A DNA stretch of 64,000 nucleotides. Origin: an uncultured Methylomirabilota bacterium (GTDB lineage Bacteria > Methylomirabilota > Methylomirabilia > Methylomirabilales > 2-02-FULL-66-22). A program made the translations under genes and the position numbers. The stretch is from the NCBI GenBank assembly GCA_963845565.1, contig CAWJSJ010000002.1, positions 1,728,001-1,792,000 on the forward strand. The letters run 5' to 3'. This document shows, piece by piece, positions 1 through 10,361 of the stretch (positions within the stretch are counted from its first letter, which is position 1; every line of letters begins with the position of its first letter). The notes below the pieces were generated by a model. The model saw only the letters and a program-made list of their open reading frames with translations. It was not told where the DNA came from and did not search any database.

Positions 1-2
1 AC

Positions 3-1001
3 TCAGGCCTCCTCGGTGGAGGCGGGCGCTCCGAAGAGGCGCCGCTTCAGATCACGGAGGAACTCAACCAGATTCTGGTTCTCCGTGACGTAGGCCAGGA
101 TCAGGACCACGCCGATGAACACGAGCTGCAGATAGAGATTGACCCCGACCATGTTAAGACCGTTGCGGAGCATCGCGATCAGCGTCACGCCGACGAGGGT
201 CTGGGCCACGCCTCCCTTGCCGCCCATCAGCGATGTCCCGCCCACGACCACGGCCGCGATGGAATCGAACTCATAGCCGATGGTGTCGATGGCCTGGGCG
301 GCATTGGAGCGGGCCAAGAAGAGCACGCCCGCCAGCCCGGCCATGAACCCAGAGAACGCGTAGATCAGGCTCTTGTGGAGTCGGACCCGGATGCCCGAGA
401 GGTGTGCCGCCCCCTCGTTGCCGCCGATGGCGTAGGTGGCGATGCCCTGGGGGGTGGCCTTGAGGAACGTGTGAAGGACCAGGAGAACGGCGGCCACCAA
501 GAGGAGCGGCGCTGGCAGCCCCAGGAATTCCCCGTCATGGAGAACCCGCAGGGTGGCAGGGAACCCGGTCAGGACCCGTTCCTCGGTGATGATCAGGGCG
601 GCACCCAGCGCCATGCCCCACATGCCGAAGGTGGGCACGAAGGGGTTGAGCCCCAGGAAGCTGTGCACGAGGCCGTTCACCAGCCCGCAGAGGGCCGCCA
701 CCCCGACACCGACGGCGGCGGCCAGGACGGGTGCCAGGTGGGCCTTGAGCATTAACGTGGCGGTGACGCACGAGGTGAGGCCCATGACCGCGCCCACCGA
801 GAGATCGATGCCGGCAAGCAGGATGACGAACGTCTGGCCAAAAGCCACCAGGGCCAGGACGCTGGCCTGGCGGATGATGTTGACCGCGTTGGAGAGCGAG
901 AAGAAGTTTTCGGAAAGCAGCGAGAACACCCCAATCATCCCCAGGCATATGATGATCGGCCCGGAGACGACCGACGCGAGCCTCGCGGCCAGGCGTGGCA
1001 T
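3..1001 (-). CDS. Sugar ABC transporter permease (RbsC-like)
   Basis: Multi-TM protein with GIDLSVG, AIGGNE and IAAVVVGGTSLMGGKG motifs. Start set at ATG 1001, just past the ATPase stop. Confidence 0.9.
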   Translation of the reverse strand: MPRLAARLASVVSGPIIICLGMIGVFSLLSENFFSLSNAVNIIRQASVLALVAFGQTFVILLAGIDLSVGAVMGLTSCVTATLMLKAHLAPVLAAAVGVGVAALCGLVNGLVHSFLGLNPFVPTFGMWGMALGAALIITEERVLTGFPATLRVLHDGEFLGLPAPLLLVAAVLLVLHTFLKATPQGIATYAIGGNEGAAHLSGIRVRLHKSLIYAFSGFMAGLAGVLFLARSNAAQAIDTIGYEFDSIAAVVVGGTSLMGGKGGVAQTLVGVTLIAMLRNGLNMVGVNLYLQLVFIGVVLILAYVTENQNLVEFLRDLKRRLFGAPASTEEA

Positions 1002-1006
1002 GCGGT

Positions 1007-2497
1007 TTACCCTCCCACCGCGCATTTGAGGATGCGCTCCTGACTGGCCTCGTGGTGGGTGAACTCGCCGCCGATCCGGCCGTCCCTCATGACGTAGATA
1101 CGATCGCTCATGCCCAGGATCTCCGGCATCTCCGAGGAGATCATGACGATAGGCGTGCCCTGGGCCACCAACTCGTCCATGAGACGGTGGATTTCCAGCT
1201 TGGCCCCCACGTCGATGCCCCGGGTGGGCTCGTCCAGGATGAAGAGCTTGGCGTGCGTGGCGAGCCACTTGGCCAGGACCACCTTCTGCTGGTTTCCGCC
1301 GGACAGGTTCTGGACAAGCTGGCTCAGGCTGGGGGTCTGGATCCGGAGGCGCGTGACGAACTCCTGCGCCACGGCCCGCTCGCGGCCCGCATCGATCCAG
1401 AGGCGTGGAAAGAGGCGTTGGATGGCCGCCAGGATGATGTTGTCCGAGACCGACCGAATCTGGAACAGGCCGAGGGCCTTGCGGTCCTCGGTCAGGAACG
1501 CCAACCCGAGTTTGGTGGCCGTGAGAGGTGAGTCCATGCGTACGGGCTTCCCGAACACGCGGATTTCCCCCGAATCGGGCCGGTCGATGCCGAAGATGAC
1601 CCGGGCCAGGGCGGTCCGGCCGGACCCGACCAGCCCGGAGAGGCCGACGATCTCGCCCCGATGGACCGTGAGGCTGACGTCATGAAGGGCGCCCTGCAGG
1701 GAGAGGTTCCGGATCTCCAGCGCCACCTCGCCCGGGGGACGGCGGTGGCGGGGGAACTGATCCTTGAGCTCGCGCCCGACCATCATCTGGATCAGGTCGT
1801 CCACGGTGACCTCGGCCACCGCCCGCGTGCCGATCAGGTGACCGTCCCGCAGGACGGTGACCCGGTCGCCGATCTCCCGGATCTCTTCCAGGCGATGCGA
1901 GATGTAGATGATGCCCATGCCCTGCTGCTTGAGCAGGCGGATCGTCGCGAAAAGCGCCGCGGTTTCCTTCTCGGCCAACGTACCGGTGGGCTCGTCGAAG
2001 ATGACGATGCGGGCCTCCATGGAGAGCGCCTTCGCCACCTCGACCATCTGCTGCTGTGGCACCGAGAGGGTCTTGACCTGGGCGTCGGGGTCGAGGTGCT
2101 GGCCCAGGGAGGCGAGGAGCGTCGCACTGCGGCGGCGGGCCGCCTCGGTGTCCACCAACAGCCCGCCGACCCGTCGGGGCTCGCGCCCCAGCAGGATGTT
2201 CTGGGCCACGGTCAGTTCGGGGATGAGGTTCATCTCCTGGTAAATCGTGGCCACGCCTAGATCCTGAGCGGCGCGGACGGACGCAATGGAAACGTCCTGA
2301 CCGTCCAGAAGGAAACGGCCCCCGTCTTTCGGATAGACGCCGGAGAGGAGTTTGATCAGGGTGGATTTGCCGGCCCCGTTTTCCCCGATGAGGACGTGGA
2401 CCTCGCCGGCACGGAGATCGAAGTCCACCTGGTGGAGGGCCGTCACACCGGGGAACGACTTGGAGACACCTTCGACTCGGAGGAGCGGCTCGGCCAT
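1007..2497 (-). CDS. Sugar ABC transporter ATP-binding protein (RbsA/MglA-like, two ABC domains)
   Basis: Walker A GENGAGKST, LSGGNQQK, and DEPT motifs twice. Confidence 0.95.
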   Translation of the reverse strand: MAEPLLRVEGVSKSFPGVTALHQVDFDLRAGEVHVLIGENGAGKSTLIKLLSGVYPKDGGRFLLDGQDVSIASVRAAQDLGVATIYQEMNLIPELTVAQNILLGREPRRVGGLLVDTEAARRRSATLLASLGQHLDPDAQVKTLSVPQQQMVEVAKALSMEARIVIFDEPTGTLAEKETAALFATIRLLKQQGMGIIYISHRLEEIREIGDRVTVLRDGHLIGTRAVAEVTVDDLIQMMVGRELKDQFPRHRRPPGEVALEIRNLSLQGALHDVSLTVHRGEIVGLSGLVGSGRTALARVIFGIDRPDSGEIRVFGKPVRMDSPLTATKLGLAFLTEDRKALGLFQIRSVSDNIILAAIQRLFPRLWIDAGRERAVAQEFVTRLRIQTPSLSQLVQNLSGGNQQKVVLAKWLATHAKLFILDEPTRGIDVGAKLEIHRLMDELVAQGTPIVMISSEMPEILGMSDRIYVMRDGRIGGEFTHHEASQERILKCAVGG

Positions 2498-2587
2498 GTT
2501 CCCTCGCGGGGACCCGAATGGCGTGCTGCACTACACCGCGCCAGGATGGCGCTGGGGAACGCAACGCAGCACGCCGGAATGTGGCGG

Positions 2588-2616
2588 AGCATGCCCAAGG
2601 CATCGCCCCGTGTCAA
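2588..2616 (-). promoter_or_regulatory. Putative sigma-70 promoter of the sugar ABC operon
   Basis: TTGACA-17 nt-CATGCT on the minus strand. Confidence 0.45.
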
Positions 2617-2755
2617 GCGGACAAGCCAGCTTTGTACAGCGAAGCCGACCTCCGACCTCGACGCTGCCCCCAGGCCGGTGTTTTCTCCCGGGAGTGGACG
2701 GGCAGGGCGATAGCACAGTCGACAGATCCAGGAGGCAGCGGTGGGAACGAAAGGG

Positions 2756-2793
2756 AAAAAGAAACGCCGTCGGGGGGGTTGCATCCCGACGGC
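2756..2793 (-). terminator. Intrinsic terminator after the hemerythrin gene
   Basis: GCCGTCGGG...CCCGACGGC hairpin followed by a T-rich tract on the minus strand. Confidence 0.7.
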
Positions 2794-2852
2794 ATGGGAG
2801 GCTTCGACTTTACGGATGGAGACGAGCCCTTGCGGCCCTCACGACCCTTCGT

Positions 2853-3350
2853 TCAATCGATCGCGGCCGGTTCCTCCAATCCTTTCTCCGCTTCCTTGAG
2901 GAGGAGGACTCGGTCGGCGGCCTCCTCGAGATATGTGATCCCGAGGCGTTCTTCCGCCAGCATGAAACCCACCTCTTCTTCCAGGAACATGTGGTGGAGG
3001 AATTCCTTCACGAGGCCCACGCCTTTCTCGCGCACCAGCGGGGCGAGCTCGGCGCCGATCGGGTTTCTGGTCAGTGCCTTGAACTCGTTCAGGCGAGCGT
3101 CCAGGTCCCGGTGTTCCTGCTCCATCTGGGCGACCACGCCCGCCGCATCGGGGCCGGTCTTCGCCAGCGGCGCGAAGATCCAGCGTTCCTCGGAGCCCCA
3201 GTATTCCCGGAGCTCGATCTCCAGGTAATTGGCGAGGTTCTTGGCGACGATGCCCCAGTTCGGGGTCTCCATGAGAAGGGCCCGGTCCAGCGACACCAGG
3301 GCCTTGCGGATGGTGCGATGATTTCGCCGGAAGATCTCGGTGGCGGTCAT
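2853..3350 (-). CDS. Hemerythrin/HHE cation-binding domain protein (partly degenerate)
   Basis: Pattern H...YWGSEE...EH...HHMFLEE in a helical protein. GGAG RBS upstream. Confidence 0.8.
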   Translation of the reverse strand: MTATEIFRRNHRTIRKALVSLDRALLMETPNWGIVAKNLANYLEIELREYWGSEERWIFAPLAKTGPDAAGVVAQMEQEHRDLDARLNEFKALTRNPIGAELAPLVREKGVGLVKEFLHHMFLEEEVGFMLAEERLGITYLEEAADRVLLLKEAEKGLEEPAAID

Positions 3351-3373
3351 GTGAGACTCCTGTTTGCGACGGC

Positions 3374-3429
3374 GAGCCACGAGCCACGAGCCGAGAGCCG
3401 AGAGCCGAGAGCCGAGAGCCGAGCCGAGA
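3374..3429. repeat. Heptamer tandem repeat (GAGCCAC/GAGCCGA)n
   Basis: About 8 units are directly visible. A related short run occurs at about 34105-34125. Confidence 0.9.
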
Positions 3430-3492
3430 ACTTACGGAAGAGTCTATCACCAAATTGAGGGGCGTGCACCTGGAACGATGTGCGGCGGGCGA

Positions 3493-4857
3493 TCAGTCCC
3501 CGTTGAGTCTTAGGCCGTACCGCCGGATCTTCCGATAGAGCGTCCGGCGATCGATCCCCAGGATGGTGGCCGCACGGATCTGGTGGCCCTTGGTGCGCTG
3601 CAGGATCATGGCGATGTAGTCTCGCTCCAGATCTTCCAGTGTGGCCTCCCTGGTCAGCGCCCGCTCCAGGGGGTTGGCCCCGCCCGCCAGGTGCGTCGGC
3701 AGGTCAGTGGACAACACGGCCGGGCCATGTCCCAGCGTGACGGCGCGCTCGATCACGTTTTCCAGTTCGCGCACGTTGCCGGGCCAGGCGTGGCTCATCA
3801 GGACGGCCATGGCCTCCTTCGAGATCTCTCGGATGGCCGGGTTGGACTCCTGGGCGAACTTCTGGACGAAGTGGTTGGCCAGGAGGGGGATATCCTCCTG
3901 GCGGTCCTTGAGGTCGGGGAGCGTGATCGGCACCACGTTCAGCCGGTAGTACAGATCCTCGCGGAAGGTCCCCTCCTCGACGGCTTTCTTCAGGTCCCGG
4001 TTGGTGGCGGCGATGACCCGGACGTCGATCTTGATGGTCCGGGTGCCGCCGACCCGCTCCACCTCGCGCTCCTGAAGGGCCCGGAGGATCTTCGCCTGCA
4101 GGTCCAGGCGCATGGAGCCTACCTCGTCCAGGAAGAGGCTCCCCCCGGTGGCGAGCTCGAACTTTCCCACCTTGGTGGCGATGGCCCCGGTGAAGGACCC
4201 CTTCTCGTGACCGAAGAGCTCCGACTCCAGGAGCTCCGCCGGGATGGCGGCGCAGTTGACGGCGACGAAGGCCCGGGTGGAGCGCGGGCTGTTATAGTGA
4301 ATGGCCTTGGCGACCAGCTCCTTGCCTGTCCCGCTCTTGCCATAGACCATCACCGTGCTGCGGCTCCCCGCTACCTGTTCGATGAGGCCAAAGATCTCCT
4401 GCATGGCCCGGCTCTTTCCGATCAAGTTCTCGAAGTGATACCGGGTGCGCAGCTCCTGCCGAAGGCTGCTGACCTCGTGGCGCAGACGCCGCTCGTCCAG
4501 CGCCTTCTCGATGGTGAGGAGCATCTCGTCGATCTTGAAGGGTTTGTTGATGTAATCGTAGGCCCCCTCCTTGACCGCCTGAACCGCCTGATCGATGGAG
4601 CCGAACGCGGTCATGATGATGACCACGATATCGGGGTTCAGCTCTTTGATCGCCCGCAAGGCCTCCATGCCGCTCAGGCCTGGCATCCGGACATCGGTGA
4701 CGACGAGATCCGCCGGCTCCCGTTCCAGGAAGGCGAGGGCGTCCACGCCGTTTCCGCAGACGGACACCTGGTAGCCTTTGCGCTCCAGGACCTTGACCAA
4801 CAGGTCTCGCATCTGTTCTTCGTCGTCCACCACCAGGATACGCTCGTGCGGTGTCAT
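3493..4857 (-). CDS. Sigma-54-dependent response regulator (NtrC/AtoC family)
   Basis: REC domain (VVDDE, TDVRMP), AAA+ GKSGTGKE and GSFTGA, Fis HTH. ATGA overlap with the kinase stop. Confidence 0.95.
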   Translation of the reverse strand: MTPHERILVVDDEEQMRDLLVKVLERKGYQVSVCGNGVDALAFLEREPADLVVTDVRMPGLSGMEALRAIKELNPDIVVIIMTAFGSIDQAVQAVKEGAYDYINKPFKIDEMLLTIEKALDERRLRHEVSSLRQELRTRYHFENLIGKSRAMQEIFGLIEQVAGSRSTVMVYGKSGTGKELVAKAIHYNSPRSTRAFVAVNCAAIPAELLESELFGHEKGSFTGAIATKVGKFELATGGSLFLDEVGSMRLDLQAKILRALQEREVERVGGTRTIKIDVRVIAATNRDLKKAVEEGTFREDLYYRLNVVPITLPDLKDRQEDIPLLANHFVQKFAQESNPAIREISKEAMAVLMSHAWPGNVRELENVIERAVTLGHGPAVLSTDLPTHLAGGANPLERALTREATLEDLERDYIAMILQRTKGHQIRAATILGIDRRTLYRKIRRYGLRLNGD

Positions 4858-6683
4858 GCGGTTGCTCTCCCTGCCGGAAGCCAAATGGTGAAGGTGGTGC
4901 CGCGCCCCACCGCGCTGTCCACCTCGACGATCCCGTGATGATCCTCGACGATCCGACGGCTGATGGCCAAGCCCAGCCCGGTGCCCTTGCCGACACCCTT
5001 GGTACTGAAGAAGGGATCGAAGATCCGGGGCATGTGCTCGGGCGCGATGCCCGTTCCGGTGTCGGCGATGATGACGTCCACGCCGGCCTGCGCGGGTCGT
5101 CCGACGCGGCGGGGGCGGTCGGACGCGGGGATGGCCCGCGTGCGCAGGGTGAGGCGGCCCCCCTCGGGCATGGCGTGCCAGGCGTTGATGACGATGTTGA
5201 GGAAGGCTTGCTCCAGCTGGTTGGCATCCCCCCGGATGCGGGGCAGGCCGTCCTGATAGTCGGTCTCGACGCTGATTCGCTCCTTGGCGATCTGGTGCTC
5301 GGTCAGCGAGAGGATCCCTCGCAGCAACTCGTTCAGGTCGAGCGCCGCCAGTTCCATGCGGGCCGGGCGCGCGAAGTTCAGCAATTGTTGAATGAGCTTC
5401 GTGATGCGGTCGGTCTGGGCGATGATGATCTCCAACTCCTGGGGGCGTGGCTTCTCGTCGCCCCATTCCATTAACAGGTACTCGGCGGAACCGGAGATGA
5501 CGTTGAGCGGGGTGCCGATCTGGTGGGCGATTCCCGCGGCAAGCTGCCCCACCACGGCCAGCTTCTCGGCCTGTTGGACTTCCTGGGTCAGCGTCACCCG
5601 GTCGGTGACATCCTCGATCGCGAGGACGGCCCCCGCGATGTCTCCGGTCGCCCGTCGGAGCGAGCTCCCGCGGACGTTCAGGACCACGTGGCCGCGGTGC
5701 CGTGTCTCGTGTTCGAATCGCTGTAGGAGGACCGTGGGTGCGGCGCCGGAGAGCAGGCCTTCCACCGAAGGCCGCAGACCCTCCCATTCGAGGGGCGGGA
5801 AGGCATCGAAGAGATTCCGGCCCAGGACCTCGGCGTCGGTAATGCCGTACCGCTCCGTCAGGGCACGATTCCAGGTGCGGATCCGACAATCGGCGTCGAT
5901 CCCGATGATCCCGTCGGTGATGCTCTGGATGACGTTCCGGGCGTGCTCGCCTTCCTCGACGATCCGGCGACGGGCTTCCGCCAGGTTCCGTCCCAACGCA
6001 TTGAACGCTCCCGAAAGTTGCGCCACCTCGTCCCGGCCGGACACTGCCACCTCCTCGAAGGGTTGCCCGCTGGAGAGGTCCGCGATGCGTTCTGTGAGTC
6101 GTGCCAGCGGCTGGCTGACGGTCCGGTGAATCAGGGCGGAGACCAGTACGATGAGGATCAGGGTGATGGCGGCCAGCGTTGCCAGGAAGGCGTTCCGCTC
6201 GCGAGTCAAGACGGATTGGATCTCCTGCAGGCCCATGGTGATCTTGAGGCCGCCCACGACCGTTTCGCCCGCACGCAACAGGGTGAGATGGGTCTGGACC
6301 GTGACGCCGCCGATCTCCTCACGCTTGCCCACGCCGCGCGGGAACGCCAGGACGGGTGCGAGATCCTCGCGCCGAAGGGATCGGTTGTCGGAGAACAGCC
6401 CCCAGGTGAAGAAGGGATGCCCGGCGTCGTCATAGACCGCCACCCCGAATCGGCCTGCCTCCAGGGTGGATCGCCGGACGATCTCGGACACGTCCGCCGG
6501 GAGGTTCCGCCGAAGCGCGTCGGCCATCGGGATCGACAGGGTGTTGACGATCCGTTCTGCCTCGTCCGCGACCTGCCGATAATGGGTGTCCCGCTCGCGT
6601 CGCAGTGTGATCCCGGCCAGGGCGATCAGGACCGCGAGGAGCGGGACCAGAAGCCAGAGGGTGAGCTTGCTCCCCAAACTCAT
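4854..6683 (-). CDS. Sensor histidine kinase (TM-HAMP-PAS-HisKA-HATPase)
   Basis: Two TMs, AHQIGTPL H-box, N-box, DTGTG, FFSTK, GTGLGL. Confidence 0.95.
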   Translation of the reverse strand: MSLGSKLTLWLLVPLLAVLIALAGITLRRERDTHYRQVADEAERIVNTLSIPMADALRRNLPADVSEIVRRSTLEAGRFGVAVYDDAGHPFFTWGLFSDNRSLRREDLAPVLAFPRGVGKREEIGGVTVQTHLTLLRAGETVVGGLKITMGLQEIQSVLTRERNAFLATLAAITLILIVLVSALIHRTVSQPLARLTERIADLSSGQPFEEVAVSGRDEVAQLSGAFNALGRNLAEARRRIVEEGEHARNVIQSITDGIIGIDADCRIRTWNRALTERYGITDAEVLGRNLFDAFPPLEWEGLRPSVEGLLSGAAPTVLLQRFEHETRHRGHVVLNVRGSSLRRATGDIAGAVLAIEDVTDRVTLTQEVQQAEKLAVVGQLAAGIAHQIGTPLNVISGSAEYLLMEWGDEKPRPQELEIIIAQTDRITKLIQQLLNFARPARMELAALDLNELLRGILSLTEHQIAKERISVETDYQDGLPRIRGDANQLEQAFLNIVINAWHAMPEGGRLTLRTRAIPASDRPRRVGRPAQAGVDVIIADTGTGIAPEHMPRIFDPFFSTKGVGKGTGLGLAISRRIVEDHHGIVEVDSAVGRGTTFTIWLPAGRATA

Positions 6684-7465
6684 GCCGCCCCTCCCACGCC
6701 AGGAAGCGCCAGCGCCCGGAGGGTGTTACGCGCCGTCAACTCGCCGACCGCCGCGGGCGAGGCGTTCCAGACCGCGGCCAACTGCTCGGCAACCAGCGGG
6801 AGATACGCGGGCTCGTTCCGCGTCCCGCGATGCGGCGTGGGGGGAAGGTAGGGCGCGTCGGTCTCCAGCAGGATGCGATCGCGTGGGGCGTCCGTGAGCA
6901 GGGCGCGTAAGTCGCGGGCGTTCGGATAGGTAACGGGACCGGCCACGGCGGTATAGTACCCGCGCATCCACGCCTGGGCGGCCATCGCGCGATCGCCGCT
7001 GAAACAATGGAGGATGACGGCGGGGAGGCCTTCCGCCCCGTCGGACAGGATCCGCATGGTGTCCGCGTGGGCGTCCCGGTCATGAATGCTCACCGGCAGC
7101 CGGAGGCGCTGTGCCATCTCGAGTTGAGCCCGGAAGGCGGCCTCCTGAATTTCGCGGGGGGCCCGGTTCCGATAGAAATCGAGGCCGATCTCTCCAATGC
7201 CGACGACTCGAGGGTGGGCGGTCAACGTCGCCAATTCGTCGAGGGCGGCGGCCGTGGTGTCGGCGGCGTGGTGCGGATGGATGGCGACGCACGCATACAC
7301 ATCCGGCTCTCGGTCCGCCAAGGCAACGGCTTGCCGGCTGGAGTCCAGATCATACCCGATGCCGATGAAAGCGGTCACGCCCGCCGTCCGGGCGCGCGCC
7401 AGGGTTTCGTCTCGGTCATCGTTAAATTCGGGCATATACAGATGGCAGTGGGAGTCAATGAGCAC
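6680..7465 (-). CDS. tatD: TatD family DNase/hydrolase
   Basis: DSHCH, HPH, GEIGLD, HCFSG, LETDAPYL, RNEP. Confidence 0.9.
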   Translation of the reverse strand: MLIDSHCHLYMPEFNDDRDETLARARTAGVTAFIGIGYDLDSSRQAVALADREPDVYACVAIHPHHAADTTAAALDELATLTAHPRVVGIGEIGLDFYRNRAPREIQEAAFRAQLEMAQRLRLPVSIHDRDAHADTMRILSDGAEGLPAVILHCFSGDRAMAAQAWMRGYYTAVAGPVTYPNARDLRALLTDAPRDRILLETDAPYLPPTPHRGTRNEPAYLPLVAEQLAAVWNASPAAVGELTARNTLRALALPGVGGAA

Positions 7466-7718
7466 CGGCGTGCACCCCTTTTGTGCATTCTAGCCGATGT
7501 GTCGCGCTCTGGCAAACCAGGAGCAGAGGTGTCCCATCCTGGTCACAATGTCCCGTTCAAGACGGAATTCCGCGGTATGGATCTGGTAGTCCTGCCGCCT
7601 CATCTCGGCGCGGCCGCGGAGGTGCGATGGGTGGCCTGTTTGGCTGCCTAAACGAAGACGCAGCGGTTGGCGGGGGGGACCGGGCGACCGGCTCGTCAGA
7701 CAGCGATCGCCCGGTGAA

Positions 7719-8450
7719 TCACTTTCCGCCGGCGGCCTTGGTCACAGCGTCGATCAAGCCGGCGGCGTGCGGGTTCGACACGTCCCGCGAGATGAGAATC
7801 GACGCGGGACTGACGTCCTTGTTGTAATACGCCTGATTCAACGACCCCCGCACCGCCACCACCGCGCCATTGACCGAGATTCCGGCGAACAGGCCCCTGG
7901 TCCGCGAGAAGCTCAGGATATCCACGCTGAGGTTGGCGGTGGCGGCTTCGGCCCCGGCGCCGACCGGTCCCGCCGTCACGCTCGCATCGGCACCCAGCTT
8001 GCTGCTGGTGGATAGAAAAGCGGAAAGCCCGCGCTCGGTCAACGCGACGAGAACCACCTCGGCGGCGTCTCCGCCCCACTGCAGGCCGAAGCTGAACTGT
8101 CCGATGGTGTAAAAGGCCGGCCCGCTCCAGGTGTTGGTCTTCTCGTCGCGGGCCAGCAGGACTCCGCTTCCGCCCGAGCCGCCGAAGAAGAAGGCACCCC
8201 GCAGGATCTGCGGATAGATCATGACGGCCCTGGCGCGCGTCACGATGGAGCGCAGGCTGCCGCCCATCTGGGGGTCGGCGAGGAAGCCCTCGAACGCGAT
8301 CCGTGCTCTCTCGACCAGTTGCTGGGCGGCCAGGGTGTCGTCCGCGAATGCCGGCGCCACGGTGCCGGGCAGCGGGGCGACCAAGACGCCTCCGACGAGG
8401 AGACTCACGGCGATTAGGGTAGTGACAAACCGTCCTCGCTGTCCGCTCAT
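7719..8450 (-). CDS. Secreted lipid-binding SYLF (Ysc84-like) domain protein
   Basis: Signal peptide, GGSGGSGV, WSGPAF, SRTRGLFAG. Confidence 0.9.
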   Translation of the reverse strand: MSGQRGRFVTTLIAVSLLVGGVLVAPLPGTVAPAFADDTLAAQQLVERARIAFEGFLADPQMGGSLRSIVTRARAVMIYPQILRGAFFFGGSGGSGVLLARDEKTNTWSGPAFYTIGQFSFGLQWGGDAAEVVLVALTERGLSAFLSTSSKLGADASVTAGPVGAGAEAATANLSVDILSFSRTRGLFAGISVNGAVVAVRGSLNQAYYNKDVSPASILISRDVSNPHAAGLIDAVTKAAGGK

Positions 8451-8553
8451 CGCGCACTCCTTTCGTGGGCGGGTCGGGCCAGGATGAAGCCGCGCCGCCG
8501 CTCGGGGTCTTCGAGAAAAAATCCGATTGTCGCTCGACACACTCGTTACACGT

Positions 8554-8656
8554 TAGGAGCCGTTACGAAATAACCTATACATCTCTTTCTATTTCGTTAC
8601 GGCTCCTTATGCCGTTTCGAAATGTCTCCGCTCAACTATTCTTCGACAACGGCTTA
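8554..8656 (+). mobile_element. Short bipartite inverted-repeat element, family A copy 1 (MITE/REP-like)
   Basis: GGAGCCGTTACGAAA...TTTCGTTACGGCTCC-TTA-TGCCGTT...AACGGC. Homologous to 14415-14517 and to 43081-43196 (reverse). Confidence 0.7.
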
Positions 8657-8838
8657 GTGTACTCGGAGAATCGGGTAACGTCCAGCGGGCCGTCGTGCAG
8701 CGGACCGCCGCCGGCCGTCCCCGCGTATGACTGGACGGTGATGCCTCTTTGCCTGATCGGCCCGCCGTGGTACACTCCTCTCCGTTTCGCACGGCGCCTT
8801 GCCGTCTTCTCCCTCATCGAACTGGAGGATCACTCGTT

Positions 8839-10239
8839 ATGGACACGCAGGCTCTCGCAGAGATCGTGGCCGATCTTCGGACTCTGGGGCTGTCGGCCGG
8901 CCCTGCCCCGCGGCTTCCGGCCGGCGCGCGACCGTCGGGTGAACTGCTAGACCGCTGGGCCCGCGCCGCGGCCCTGGCCGAGCCGGATGTGCGCCAGGCG
9001 GCCATCTGGGCGATCCGGGAGGCGGCGCACGCCTCCGGGGTCATCCCGGCCTCGATCCAGGGGCTCTACGTGGCACGGGGCAAGGACCAGTGGAGTGACC
9101 GAACGGTTCCGGCCCTCAACCTGCGTGGCTGGACGTACCAGACCTGTCGGGCGGCTTTCCGCGCGGCGCGGAAGATGGGATCGTCCCTATTGATCTTCGA
9201 GCAGGCCCTGGCGGAGGCGGTGTACGCCGCGCAGCCGGCGGTGGAGTATACCGCCGGGGTCTTGGCTGCCGCGATGCGCGAAGGGCACCGTGGGCCGGTG
9301 TTCCTCCAGGCGGATCACGACCAAGTCAATGCGGTCAACTACGCCAAGGATCCGGCGAAGGAGACAGAGCGGCTGTCGAACGTCATCCGCGAGCAGATCG
9401 CCGCCAGCTTCTTCAACATCGACGTGGACGCCTCGACGGTGGTGGATCTGGCGCCGCCGACGCTGGTCGAGCAGCAGCGGGTGAACGCCGAGCTCACGGC
9501 GAAGTTCACCCGGCTGGTGCGGACCCTGCAACCGGCGGGTGTCACCATCTCGGTCGGCGCCGAGATCGGCGAGGTGGGCGCCCACAACACCACGCCGGAC
9601 GAACTCCGCGCCTTCATGGCCACGTACCCGGCAGCCCTGGCCGCGGCCGGCGGCGGCGCGGGGATCACCAAGGTCAGCGTGAACTCCGGTACCTATCATG
9701 GGGGCAAGGTGCTGCCGGACGGCACGCTCGCCAAGGTTCCGGTGGCCTTCGACACCCTCGCCGACATCTCCCGCGTCTGCCGCGCGGAGTTCGGCTTGGC
9801 GGGCGCCGTGCAGCACGGGGCCTCGACGCTCCCCATGGACTTCTTCGGTAAGTTCCCCGAAAGCGGTACCGTGGAGATCCACCTGGCGCTCGGGTTCAAC
9901 AACCTCATCTTCGACCACCCGCGGCTGCCGCAGGCTGTCAAGGACGAGATCCGGGCCTACTGTTTCACACATCACGGCAGCGAACGGAAGCCCGACCAGA
10001 CCGAGGCTCAGTTCATTTACACCACGCGCAAGAAGGCCTGGGCGGGGATGAAGCGGCGGTTCTGGGATCTGCCGGCCGACATCCAGGCCGATCTCATGGC
10101 GTCCCTGGAAGAGATGTTCCGCGACATGTTCACGCGGATGAAGGTCGGCGGGACCGACGAACTGGTGGCCCGGTTCACGGAGGCGCCGGTGGTCCCGGTC
10201 CCCGTGCCCGCCGCGCTGGCAAAGGCGCTTGCTCGATAA
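8839..10239 (+). CDS. Class II fructose-bisphosphate aldolase family protein
   Basis: LQADH, GAEIGEVG, GTYHGG, QHGAST motifs. GGAGG RBS. Confidence 0.8.
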   Translation: MDTQALAEIVADLRTLGLSAGPAPRLPAGARPSGELLDRWARAAALAEPDVRQAAIWAIREAAHASGVIPASIQGLYVARGKDQWSDRTVPALNLRGWTYQTCRAAFRAARKMGSSLLIFEQALAEAVYAAQPAVEYTAGVLAAAMREGHRGPVFLQADHDQVNAVNYAKDPAKETERLSNVIREQIAASFFNIDVDASTVVDLAPPTLVEQQRVNAELTAKFTRLVRTLQPAGVTISVGAEIGEVGAHNTTPDELRAFMATYPAALAAAGGGAGITKVSVNSGTYHGGKVLPDGTLAKVPVAFDTLADISRVCRAEFGLAGAVQHGASTLPMDFFGKFPESGTVEIHLALGFNNLIFDHPRLPQAVKDEIRAYCFTHHGSERKPDQTEAQFIYTTRKKAWAGMKRRFWDLPADIQADLMASLEEMFRDMFTRMKVGGTDELVARFTEAPVVPVPVPAALAKALAR

Positions 10240-10254
10240 CGTGCCGTCGCCGGC

Positions 10255-10284
10255 TTGACACCGGCGGCGGGTTGCGCGGATAAT
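10255..10284 (+). promoter_or_regulatory. Putative sigma-70 promoter
   Basis: TTGACA-18 nt-GATAAT upstream of the sugar-binding protein gene. Confidence 0.5.
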
Positions 10285-10361
10285 CCCCCACGAACCGGAT
10301 CCGAACCGAGGATCGGATTGTGCAACGACGAGACGCAACACCAGTAGAAAGGAGTCGGTCC

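Noticed and set aside
3493..5889. 798-aa N-terminally extended response regulator
   Set aside because: The extension is an alternative frame of the kinase gene. The real start is at 4857.
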